NCBI RefSeq assembly: GCF_004010195.1
Contig: NC_057746.1
Coordinates: 9,057,631 to 9,104,674 of the forward strand
Length of the DNA: 47,044 nt
DNA from: Chiloscyllium plagiosum
Lineage: Eukaryota
Direction: 5' to 3'
The first letter of the stretch is position 1. Each line of letters starts with the position of its first letter. The translations under genes were made by a program, and so were the position numbers. Positions 1-10,062 of the stretch are shown here, piece after piece. The notes under the pieces are model-generated. The model searched no databases and was not told the DNA's origin. It saw only the letters and a program-made list of their open reading frames with translations.

Positions 1-354
1 ACATCAGTGAAGACACTTCACATTCCCGAGAAAGCAGTTTGGAATGTCCGGAACTTTTGGGAAAGAAGCATAATATAGTTTGGAAATGCTGACATCTCAG
101 TCATAAAGCTCACAGGTTTAAACTCCAATGATTCACACATCTGGATTCCACAGGCCTTGGGTCAAATGCTCAGGCCTCGCTACCAGGTCAAAGGCCTCTA
201 ACTCAGGCCTCTCCCATGCACCATTAAGCTGCCCTCCAAGTTTCACCCAAGGCCAGCTGCTTCAATATGCTTTCACCCCAAGGGCCTAATCTCCAGCCTG
301 TTCTTTGGAGGGGTGACTGAGTCTCGAGAGCCTCTAACCTGTTTGCTTGAGGAT

Positions 355-452
355 GATGTGTGTGTGTGTGCGTGTGTCTGTGTGTTTGTGTGTGTGCTCA
401 TGTGTGTGTGTGTGTGTGCGCGTGTATGTCTGTGTCTGTATCTGTGTGTGTG
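355..452. repeat. Imperfect (GT)n microsatellite
   Basis: Interrupted tg dinucleotide run. Confidence 0.9.
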
Positions 453-1346
453 CTGGGGGGAGCTGGTGACAGGGTGGGGTGGGGGGGTGTTGCAGTGTCC
501 ACTCCAAATTCTGCCTTCCTTCCCCAACCCACCCCCAGGCATTCCGGCAGACACCCGGGGGCCTCAAGTTTAATTTCAACCAATGACCAGACAGGTCCCT
601 CTTCCGACATCCTGAATGTCTTGGGGGGGGGGGGGGCAGGTATTTCGAACTGAGACCCCCAACCTGCAGCCCCCAGCCACCCTTCACTCTCCTGTTTCAG
701 CTGCAGCGACGATTGTAGGCATTTGGTGAGACCGTGACTGGAATACAGTCAGCTCCTTTAGTCTCCCTGTCGAAGGCACATACGTAGGCCTCATCACAAG
801 GATGATCCCAGAGGGTTGTCCTATGGTCAACTGAGTCAATTGGGGCCATATTCCCTGTGGTTCTGAAGAATTAGAGGTACTGTCAAGATTCTGAAATAAC
901 TTGACAAGGTAATACTGAGAGCGTGCCTCCTCATGCCTGGGGATTGTGGAACACACAGACAAGGCTAAGGGGGTTGATCGTTTCAGACTGAGATGGGGAG
1001 AGACATCCTCATTCAGAGAGGATAGTGAAGTTTTGCGATTCGCTAGCCCAGAGAGGTGTGAATGCTCCAGCCTCTTTGAGCCCTGGGGCAGACAGAGTTT
1101 TGAGCTGTCAAGGAATCGAAGGCACCGGGAGTGGGGAGTAATATGGGGATGGGGTGACAGATCAGCTGTGGCCACATTGCACAAGGGGACAGGCCCGATG
1201 GGCAGGTTGGCCCTCTCCGGCTCCTATTGCATGAGCGTTGGTTTCTCCTGAAGGGTGAAAGGCAGATGGGGTGGTGAGGCCGGTAGCGAGGTGTGCACGG
1301 GAGCTCTCTCGCTCATTCACCATCCTTGCCTGTGACCTTTCCTCAG

Positions 1347-1595
1347 ACTCTCACACCTTGCAGTATCGCTTCCTCTGTAACTACCAACTCCCGGAGCTGC
1401 CGGATCTCTCGGTGGTCGGCATGCTGGATGACCTTCAGACCGAGTACTATGACAGCTCCCTCAAGCGGACCGAACCCAGGCAGCAATGGATGACCGCCGG
1501 GGTCCCGGAAGTGTACTGGCTGGAGCAGACCAAGGTGGCTGATACAATTCAAACGCACATCTTCAGGAAAATCGCTCCGTTTGTCACCATGTTCG
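1347..1595 (+). CDS. MHC class I-like heavy chain, alpha1-domain exon
   Basis: Acceptor cctttcctcAG|1347 and donor G|GTGCGT at 1596; 249 nt, phase 1/1. Translates (D)SHTLQYRFLCNYQLPELPDLSVVGMLDDLQTEYYDSSLKRTEPRQQWMTAGVPEVYWLEQTKVADTIQTHIFRKIAPFVTMF, with class I alpha1 motifs SHxLxY, VGxxDD, YDS, EPRxxWM and YW. Confidence 0.93.
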
Positions 1596-1973
1596 GTGCG
1601 TCACGTTGGACCTACTCTCTGCTCAAACAGAACGCGGTTGGCATGATCAAGGGTTCATTGCTGAGGAAGGGGGCAGTTAGAGGGGGATCCGCACCTTTCC
1701 GGTTACAGATTTGAAAAAGGAAATATGACAACGCCAACTTGTATTTGTGTAACACCTTTAATTTGATTTGATTGGATTTATTATTGTCACATGTACAGCG
1801 AAAAGTTTTGTTTTGCGTGCAGTACATGCAGACCATACCTTATAAAACTGCGTAAAGGTCATAGAGGACAGCCAAGAAATAGTGTTAAGTCTGCAGAGGA
1901 GGTGTACAAGGTCCTCATTAAATCCCAAAGTCTGATAACTGTCTGTAATGTATTGGAATGTCCCAAGGTGCTG

Positions 1974-2310
1974 ATAGAATCCCGACAGGCCATTCAGCCC
2001 ATCAAGTCTGCACTGATCCTTCAAAGAGCATCTCACCCAGAGCCCCCCCCCATTCCCCAACATATTCCCATAACCCCACATTTGCTGTGGCTAACCCCAC
2101 CTCGCCTGCACATCCCTGGACACTCTGGGCAATTTCGCCTGGCCAATCTGTTTCACCGGCACATCTTTGGACTGTGGGAGGGAACCCACACACACACACG
2201 GTTGGGGCAGGGGTGTGATCGTGCAAACACCACAGAGGCAGTCACCCCCACGGGCTGGAATCGAACCCAGGCCCCTGGTGCTGTCAGTGCTACCCACTGA
2301 GCCACTGTGG
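1974..2310 (-). mobile_element. tRNA-derived SINE (shark HE1-like)
   Basis: Reverse strand has the A box gtggctcagtgg, B box ggttcgattcc and the family body. Confidence 0.8.
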
Positions 2311-2875
2311 TTCACAGGAAAAGGGGGCAGCAAACAAAACCTGACAACGAGTCGCCAAACCTTTGTCAAAGCATCGTTTGGAAGAGGCATCTTAAAGCCC
2401 GGAAAGTGAGGTGGAGAGGCAGGGCAGGAGTGGGAAGGGGCTCCAGAGTTTGGGTCCATGTGCCATTGAAGGCACAGCCACCACTTATGGAGCCGTCATG
2501 ATCAGACACACGCGAAAGCTCAGAAAGGTCTGACTCTTGCACCAGGGAGCCAGAGTTTAAAAATGAGGGGTCAGCTATTTTGACAGATATGAGGGAAAAA
2601 TGTTTCTCTTGGAGGGTTGTGTGTCTTTGGAATTCCCTTCCTCAAAATCGCCCGGTTGGAAATGTGGGTGTTGAGCAATATAGCGACAGATAAAGAAAAG
2701 GTGTGAAAACATTGATAGCACTCCAGGTACAAAAGCCATCAGGCCCAGGTGGGATTCCTCCTAGATTGCTGAGGGAGGAAAGGGAACAAAGTGTTGAGCC
2801 GTTGACAGAAATTTTCCAGGGTTAGACCCAAGGATTACAAATCTGACACTGTCATTTATAAAAGGGTGAAGGAAA

Positions 2876-3179
2876 GGGCAGCAGGGTGGCTCAGTGGTTA
2901 GCACTGCTGCCTCACATCACCAGGGACCTAGGTTCGATTCCAGCCTCGGGCAACTGTGTGGAGTTTGCACATTCTCCCCGTGTCTGTGTGGGTTTGCTCT
3001 GGTTTCCTCCCACAGACCAAAGATGTGCCGATCAGGTGAATTGGCCATGCTAAATTGCCCATAGTGTTAGGTGCATTAGTCAGAGGGAAATGAGTCTGGG
3101 TGGGTTACTCTCCGGAGGATCGGTGTGGACTGGTTGGTCCTAAGGGCCTGTTTCCACACTGTAGGGAATCTAATCTAAT
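2876..3179 (+). mobile_element. tRNA-derived SINE inserted into a CR1 fragment
   Basis: gtggctcagtggttagcact...ggttcgattcc head and tgtagggaatctaatctaat tail. Confidence 0.9.
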
Positions 3180-3878
3180 AACCCAGGAAACAATAGGACT
3201 GTCAGCTTCACATCGATAGTGCAGAAACCATTACATGTGGTATGATAAGAAAAATTAATTCATACATGGTGTTGTCAAGGGAAGGTCATGTGTGACAAAT
3301 TAATTGAGTTCTGTGATGGAGATGATAGACGCAATGAATGGTGTCGTGGATGGTGTACGTTTGGACTTTGAGAAAACATCAGATATGCCACATGGTAGGT
3401 TCCTTAGCAACTTAGAAATGTTTGGGATTGATATGTCCCTGGCCACGTGGCTAAAAGATAGGGAATGAAGGGCATAAATGGGCATTTCGTAGTCTAGAGG
3501 TGAGTTGAAAATGATGCCCTTGAGAGAATGCAAAAGGAGATTTGACAGAATGGTAACAGGATTGAAGGATTTTAGGTAAAACATAAGGTGAGAGAGATTG
3601 GGCCAATTCACCTTGGAGCTGAGAAGATTAAAAGGTGACCTTATTGAGGTGTTCAAAATTATGAAAGTTTTGAACGGGTAAAGAAGGATATTTTGTTTCC
3701 ACAAGTTGATATGTCAGTAACTAGGGGTTACAAGATTATCAGCAAGCGAGCTAGGAGTGAGATGAGGAAAAACGTCTTTACTCAGAGAGTTGTTAGGATT
3801 TGGAATGCACTGCCTGGGAGAGTGGTAGAAGTGGATTCCTTTTCAAAAGGGAGCTGGATATATATATAATTTATACAA

Positions 3879-4120
3879 TCGTAGAATCCCGACAGTGTGG
3901 AGGCAGGCCATTCGGCCCTTCGACCCTCCAAAAAGCAAGCAGCCCACAACCCTTGGCATTTCCCATGGCAAATCCACCTCGCCTGCACATCTTTGTCCTG
4001 TTGGAAGAAACCCGAGCACCTGGAGGAAAGCCACCCAGAGGCGGGGAGAAAGTGGGACAGTTGCCCAAGGGTGGAATCGAACCCGGATCCCTGGCACATG
4101 AGGCTGCAGTGCTAACTACA
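3879..4120 (-). mobile_element. tRNA-derived SINE
   Basis: Reverse-complement match to the 2876 SINE family (B box at about 4073-4083). Confidence 0.8.
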
Positions 4121-4736
4121 ATTTAGAGGGCTATGGAGATAGGGCTGGAGAATGGGACCCACTGGGTAGCTTTTTCAATGGGTCGAATGGCCTCCCTCTG
4201 TGCACGGTAACATTTGATGACAGTAAAAGTCAATGGATGCAGAATCGTTTGATATTTTTTAAGGCACAGGTTTGTAGATTCTTGAATACTAAGGGGATCG
4301 GGGGACGTGCAGGAATATAGAGGTGAGGTTGGAATCAGATTGGCCATGACTTTATTTAGCGGTGGGGCAGGCCTGAAGAGGTCCATGTAACCTACTGCTG
4401 TTCCATACTCATATGTTTGGAATAACTGAGGGTTGATACCTCTAACATGGGATTACAGAGACAGACCAAGGCAATTTGAAGACATTATAGAGATTTTAAA
4501 ATCAAGCTTGACCAGGAGTAAGTGTGTGTCAGCAAGGATTCAGGTGGTAATGAGAGACGGGACTTCCTGCACATAGGGCATAGGCCACATCTCTCCAAAA
4601 TGCTTGCCTCATTCCAGACAGTCCTTAAAACTCAACCCTTTCATCAACCCAATCTAATGTCTTTCAAAGTGCTAACTTTTCTTTTATAATGGCCCTGCAC
4701 AGCTCCTATGTCATATGAAAGGTGTTCAGCACCTCA

Positions 4737-5064
4737 ATAGAATCCCTACAGTATGGAAACAGGCCCTTCAGTCCAACAAGTCCACACCGACCCTCTGAAG
4801 AGTAACCCACACAGACACACTCCCCTACATTTCCCCTGACTATTGTACCTAACCTACACATCCCTGAACTCTATAGGTGATTCAGCCATGCTAAATTGCC
4901 CAATCTGCACATCTTTGGATTGTGGGTGGAAACCAAAGCAAATCCGCACATACACAGGGAGAATGTGCAAACTCCACTCAGACAGTTCCCCCAAGGCTGG
5001 AATCGAACCAAGGTCCCTAGCACAGTGCGGCAGCAGTGCTAACCACTGAGCCACTGTGCCGCCC
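4737..5064 (-). mobile_element. tRNA-derived SINE
   Basis: Reverse complement ggcggcacagtggctcagtggttagcactgctg...ggttcgattcc...tgtagggattcta. Confidence 0.88.
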
Positions 5065-5263
5065 GAAATCAAGTAGGACGTGGCTCAGCATTTGGTGAGA
5101 TACTAGAGAAATAGTGCATCCACAGCCTCTTATTGGGATCTTCACCTCTGTATCGTTCATTGCTGCTTAGCATACACTGTATAGGTCTGGGGAGCCACCA
5201 AATGCAGATGTGAATGGAGAGTTCTGTAATTAAAGTATAGTTGATCTTGTTGATCATTCCCAG

Positions 5264-5533
5264 GTATCACATACATCCAGGGTGTCCTGGGATGCACAGT
5301 GGAAAATGACCAAAGCACCAGGATGTTCATAAAGATAAACGTCAATGAGTTTGGAGATATTGAATGTGACATGGTCACAGTGCGTTGCTGGGGGACGGGT
5401 GTACTTACTTTTCTGACTGCAGAGTTTGAAGACGTCATCAACGATCTCACTTTTATCAAGTTGCTGAACACCAGTTGTGTTGAAGGACTCTACACCACAC
5501 TTCGAGCTGGTAAAACAGCCCTGCAAAGAAAAG
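5264..5533 (+). CDS. MHC class I-like heavy chain, alpha2-domain exon
   Basis: Acceptor ttcccAG|5264; 270 nt, phase 1/1; ends AAAG|GCAAGT (GC donor). Translates (G)ITYIQGVLGCTVENDQSTRMFIKINVNEFGDIECDMVTVRCWGTGVLTFLTAEFEDVINDLTFIKLLNTSCVEGLYTTLRAGKTALQRK. Has QxxxGC (C101-equivalent), CVExL (C164-equivalent) and the GKxxLQRK ending. Confidence 0.9.
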
Positions 5534-5596
5534 GCAAGTGGACCAGTACGACTAACTGCTGAGACCGACCAAAGCCGGGTGCTGAGTGTAATCCGC

Positions 5597-6095
5597 ACCA
5601 GGATTCCAATTATGATCCAAATCCGATTTCCGAGTGTGATACAGATCAGGATTATGATTATGATCCAAATCCGATTTCAGAGTGTGATCCAGATCAGGAT
5701 TCCAATTGTGATCCAAATCCGATTTCTGGGATTGTGATCCTGATCAGGATTCTGATTGTGAACCAAATCCGATTTCCCAGTGTGATCCAGATCAGGATTC
5801 GAATTGTGATCCCAATCTGATTTCCCAGTGTTTTCCAGATCATGATTCCAATTGTGATCCCAATCCGATTTCCCAGTGTGATCCAGATCAGGATTCCGAT
5901 TGTGATCCAAATCCGACTTCCCAGTGTGATCTGGTTTCTGACTGTGACTAAATCCAGTGTCCAATGTAATCCAGATCTGGATTCTGAGTGTGATCCGTCC
6001 GGACGCTGACTGCGAACCAAATCCGATTTCTGGGTGTGTAATCCAAATCGGGATTCTGAACGTAATCTGTTCGGTGAATAATGCAATACATTCCG
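5597..6095. repeat. Intronic minisatellite, 48-bp unit made of two related 24-bp halves
   Basis: Repeats of gtgatccaaatccgatttcccagt + gtgatccagatcaggattccaatt, decaying at the right end. Confidence 0.9.
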
Positions 6096-6136
6096 AAAAA
6101 GAGTGCCTTTCACTTTGGTTTCTGGTTCTTCCTCAG

Positions 6137-6412
6137 TTGCTCCCCAGGTGCTGGTTTTCAGTTTGAACTCCAATGCAGAGATGTCCACACCTCTCCTGTG
6201 CCTCATCACTGCCTTCTATCCCCGTGCCATCAGTGCCATGTGGCTGCACAATGGAGTGCCAGTTTCAGAGGACCTCACAGTGATGGTTCTGCCAAACCAT
6301 GATGCCACATACAGAATGGAGATCCTCATTGACATCAAGAACAATGACCCAAGTGGCTACTCCTGCCAGGTTCAGCATCGCAGCTTGTCCAAGACACTGA
6401 CAGTAATGTCTG
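6137..6412 (+). CDS. MHC class I-like heavy chain, alpha3 Ig C1-set exon
   Basis: Acceptor ttcttcctcAG|6137 and donor G|GTAAGG at 6413; 276 nt, phase 1/1. Translates (V)APQVLVF...LLCLITAFYPRAISAMWLHNG...VLPNHDATYRM...YSCQVQHRSL..., with C1-set motifs CxxxxFYP, W, LPNxDxTY and YxCxVxHxSL. Confidence 0.95.
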
Positions 6413-6839
6413 GTAAGGTATCCCAGAATGATGTTGCACCAAAAATGGCCATTTGAGTCATGTTGCCTGTGAAAAAATGGGCAAACTCCGCCTGCTCCTT
6501 TCACTCTTATTCCTGCTTGTGCATTCATCCCTTTAAGCAATTCCTTTTTGAAAGCCATCTGCTTCCTCCAAACATTCATTCCTGAAAACGACAGCACATT
6601 GTGGAAACAAAAATCTCCTCAGCTCTCCTTGGCCCTCTTAGCAAATCATTTTAAACCTGTCTCCTCTGGCCAGCAATTCTCCTGCCAATGGAGGGGAAAG
6701 TAATGTTTCTTTTTAAATTCCTGATAAATTGTCGGCCAATGAAATAGAAGGAGAGCTGGGAAAAACTTAGGGATGGGCGAAAGTCTAACTGTCAAGGTTA
6801 ACCAATGACAAGCTGGGAAGTCACTGAAACAACAAACAC

Positions 6840-7182
6840 AGCCAGCACAATGGCTCAGTGGTTAGTAGGAACAGCACCAGGGACCCAGGTTCGATTCCAG
6901 CCTCGGACGATTGTCTGTGTGGAATTTGCACCTTCTCCCTGTGTCTGCATGGGCTTCCTCTGGGTGCTATAATATCCCTTCACAATCCAAAGATGTGCAG
7001 GTTACATGGATTGGCCTTGCTAAATTGCTCATAGTGTCAGGAGGTGTGCGGGTTAGGTGGATTAGCCATGGGGAATGCAGGATTACAGAAATGGGAGGTG
7101 GGTCTGGGTGGGATGCCCTTCGAAGGGTTGGTGTGGACTCAATGGGCAGAATGGCTGGTTCACCCTGTAGGGATTCTATGAT
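6840..7182 (+). mobile_element. tRNA-derived SINE
   Basis: tggctcagtggttag...ggttcgattccag head and tgtagggattctatga tail. Confidence 0.88.
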
Positions 7183-7510
7183 TTGATTCGGATCCACCAA
7201 CAGTGGCTGACTTCAGGGCTCAAATGCTCCCTTACTGGTCTGCTGTGTTCAGGACTTCAGTTCAAAAAGCACGGAGAGTCAGTTTGATCGAGGTGATGTC
7301 ATTCAGGTCGTACGTTTAGGTTTTCAAAAGGAATTGGACAAAAAACCTGGTTCTGTGCTGTATGACTCTATAAGTAGATTCCTTCAACTTAAAAGTGCCT
7401 AAGGTTAGAAGAAATAGTGACATAGAATAAAGAATGTGATAACAAATGGGGTTGGCATAGACTCGTGTATTGTAGACAATTCTAGACACTTCCAGAAAAG
7501 TATAAAGATT

Positions 7511-8256
7511 CAAGATGTAAGTTTGCTTGCTGAGCTGGAAGGTTCATTTTCAGACATTTTATCACCCTACTAGGTAACATCATCAGTGAGCCTCCGGTGA
7601 CCCACTTTCTATTTATGTGTTTAGGTTTCCTTAGGTTGGTGGTGTCATTTCCTGTGGTGATGTCATCTGCTATGGAGATGTCATTTCCTGTTCTTTTCCT
7701 CAGTGAGTGGTAAATGGGGTCCAGGTCAATGTGTTTGTTAATAGAGTTCCAGCTGGAATGCCATGCTTCTGGGAATTCTTTTGCGTGTCTCTGTTTGGCT
7801 TGATCCAAGGATGGATGTTTTGTCCCAGTCAAAGTGGTGTTCTTCCTCATCTATATGTAAGGACACTAGTATCCACGATCCCTACTATCCTTACATACAG
7901 ATGAGAAAGGACATCTCTTCGTCTGGGACAACACATCCACCCTAGGACAAGCCAAACAGTGACATGCATAAGAATTCCTAGGAGCATGGTATTCCAACCA
8001 GAACTCATCAGCAAACACATAGAGTTAGACCCCATTTACCACCCACTGAGGAAAAGAACAGGAAATGACATCACCAACCTAAGGAAACCTAAACACATAA
8101 ATAGAAAGTGGGTCACTAACACCAGTGCTTCACCAGAGGCTCACTGATGTTACCTAGTAGGGTGACAAAATGTCTGAAAATGAACCTTCCAGCTCAGCGA
8201 GCAAACTTACATCCAGAACCTCAATCTGAGCTACAAATCTTCTCCAAACTCACTAG
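7511..8256. mobile_element. Penelope-like element 3' end with inverted duplication (fold-back), 11-bp TSD
   Basis: About 7513-7865 is the reverse complement of about 7890-8213 (HIxLDPIYHxLRKRTG on both strands). GTATAAAGATT flanks it at 7500-7510 and 8257-8267. Confidence 0.8.
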
Positions 8257-9352
8257 GTATAAAGATTTGAGAAAGGCTACAGAGGAGGCTTGTCAGACAT
8301 TGTCTCACCCTATGTAATGAAGAGAAATTGGGAATGTCAGGATGGTACGCTGTGAAACAGTGGGGTTCATCATAGGCGACAGAGTCGAAGTTGACTTAGA
8401 ATCAAAGCAAAATATTGCAGATGCTGGAGACCTGAACTAAAAACAGACAATGCTCAAGAAAAACAACAAGTCTGACAGTACCTGCGGAGAGAAGACATAA
8501 AGTTAATGTTGCAGTATGACTCTTCTTCAAAACTGCAAGCTGTTACAAAACAGTTTAGATTTTGATACTTTTAACGGAGGCAGAGGAGGGGTGAGAGGGC
8601 AGAGACCAAATGCCTAAGACATAAGGGTCATTAATAGTGAATAAAGGAAGGGATGTAAAATGGAGGCAAATTAAAGTGTGAAGGGGAGAGAAGGGGTCCT
8701 CTCTACTAACTGCAAAGAAAACAAGACACAAAAGAGATTGGAGGATAGACGTAACGTGGTCAGGTACCGAAGTTGATGAATTGGTTATTGAGAACAGCGA
8801 CCTTGGATACAGCCATCCTGACTCCCAACCCTTAATTCTAATGACCACCCATTGGCAAACCAAGGAGAGTGATTTTAATGGCATGGGGGAGTAACACAGC
8901 CCGGCAAAGCCCTTGCTTCTCAAAACCTGCTCTACCCCCCTCCTCACTACCTGAGCATGTAGTATTACGGTGAAATCCACCTAGCCTTTACCCAAAGGTT
9001 GCCAATAGACAATGGAATGCCACTTATCACAGATTGTGTGGAATTGCATTCCTTAAAGATGAATCCCACTGGGAACTGATGGGAAATCCAAGGCCGATAA
9101 CTCTGGAACTCACTCAGAGGACTCTCGTGTCATGCAGGCTTAGGGAAATTCCCGAGCCCGTTGGAAGCTGTCCAGTTCACCCGCTGCAAATCGATACCAA
9201 AGGAAATGCAGCCGGGATGAAGAAACAGGGAGCTCTCATAATGCTGGCATAATCAAACGCCCTGTGGTTTGGGCTGTGGAGGAAGGTGTGTCTGTTTGTA
9301 TTTCACTGCCACTGTCCTCTAATGGTTTGTGTGTGTTGTATCTGGCACACAG

Positions 9353-9438
9353 GAGTCGGTCGTGTCAGTCACAGTATTTGGCCTGGCCCAGCGCTGTGCC
9401 TATTCACCATGTTGGCAATGGCGGTAGGCGCGGTGTAG
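9353..9438 (+). CDS. MHC class I-like heavy chain, terminal hydrophobic (TM or GPI-signal-like) coding exon; exon continues to 9480
   Basis: Acceptor ggcacacAG|9353. A phase-1 join to alpha3 gives GVGRVSHSIWPGPALCLFTMLAMAVGAV then TAG (9436-9438). Strong donor CAG|GTGAGT at 9481. Only this frame is hydrophobic. Confidence 0.72.
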
Positions 9439-9588
9439 TGGACAAGTGCAACGAGGAGTGTGGGAAAGGTGCGAGCTCAGGTGAGTAAAGACCTGCTTCC
9501 CGGTCTGACATCCCATTCAACATCTAAAAGCAAGTGATAATAAGTGACAATATTCTATTTCTAATCACCTCCTTCTTCTCTTTCCCAG

Positions 9589-9780
9589 AGAAGCATTAAT
9601 TGCTGAGGCGTTGCTCGTCTCTCGCCAGTTGCCCAGCGCTGAATCCATGACTTCGAGGCTATTTCATGAAAGCAAACTTGAACTGTTTCAATGTCACCTC
9701 TAACACGACCATCCACTGGACTTTCCTGATTTGCATTGCTTATTTCTTTCTAATAAATTTTGAAATGTTTGTTAAGTTTC
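9589..9780 (+). other. Probable last (3' UTR) exon of the MHC class I-like gene
   Basis: Branch-like CTAAT at 9561, long pyrimidine tract and cccAG at 9587-9588 close a 108-nt intron starting at 9481. The 3' end is approximate. Confidence 0.6.
9752..9757 (+). promoter_or_regulatory. Polyadenylation signal AATAAA of the MHC class I-like gene
   Basis: AATAAA followed by T/GT-rich sequence, about 160 nt into the putative last exon. Confidence 0.55.
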
Positions 9781-10062
9781 ACTCCGCGTCTCAGATCTGT
9801 ACAATGGCCCATGATCTTTGAACCCTGACCCCTGTACAGCCTGCTGTCCTTTTCAGTCCTAAGTTTTCAACCATATCATCTTGTGGATGGGCCTGCAATT
9901 CCGGGGACCAAAATCACCGCTGTGTGCAACTCAAATGAAAAGAACCCCACAGGGATGTTTTTTTAAAAAGTGTTTTTTTTGTTTATTATTTCTCCAACTC
10001 CAATTTCCTGATTAAAACTGATTGGAATCCCACACACTGGACTGTGAGCCAAATCAAGATGG

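Larger units (their letters stand above)
2545..4210 (+). mobile_element. Degenerate CR1 LINE fragments (RT and 3' end), interrupted by two SINEs
   Basis: Remnants of PGPDGIxPRLL, NPGNxRxVS, GRSCxTNLIEF, LDFxK and GDLIEVFKIMK, plus the RVVRIWNALP 3' region. Confidence 0.75.

Noticed and set aside
685-731. Candidate MHC leader or micro-exon (ctcctgtttcAG...TTG|GTGAGA)
   Set aside because: The 25-nt segment has a stop in the only frame that ends in phase 1 and no signal-peptide character. The leader is probably upstream of the window.
1198-1346. ATG at 1198 or the ORF-track start at 1271 as the MHC start
   Set aside because: The 1198 frame stops at 1249-1251. The 1271 extension starts at GTG, is not hydrophobic and runs through a clear splice acceptor.
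2876-2950. tRNA genes at SINE heads
   Set aside because: A and B boxes are present, but each continues into the same roughly 300-bp SINE body and lacks a proper cloverleaf.
5677-6209. Repetitive minus-strand ORFs (DHTGKSDLDHN...)
   Set aside because: Translations of the intronic minisatellite.
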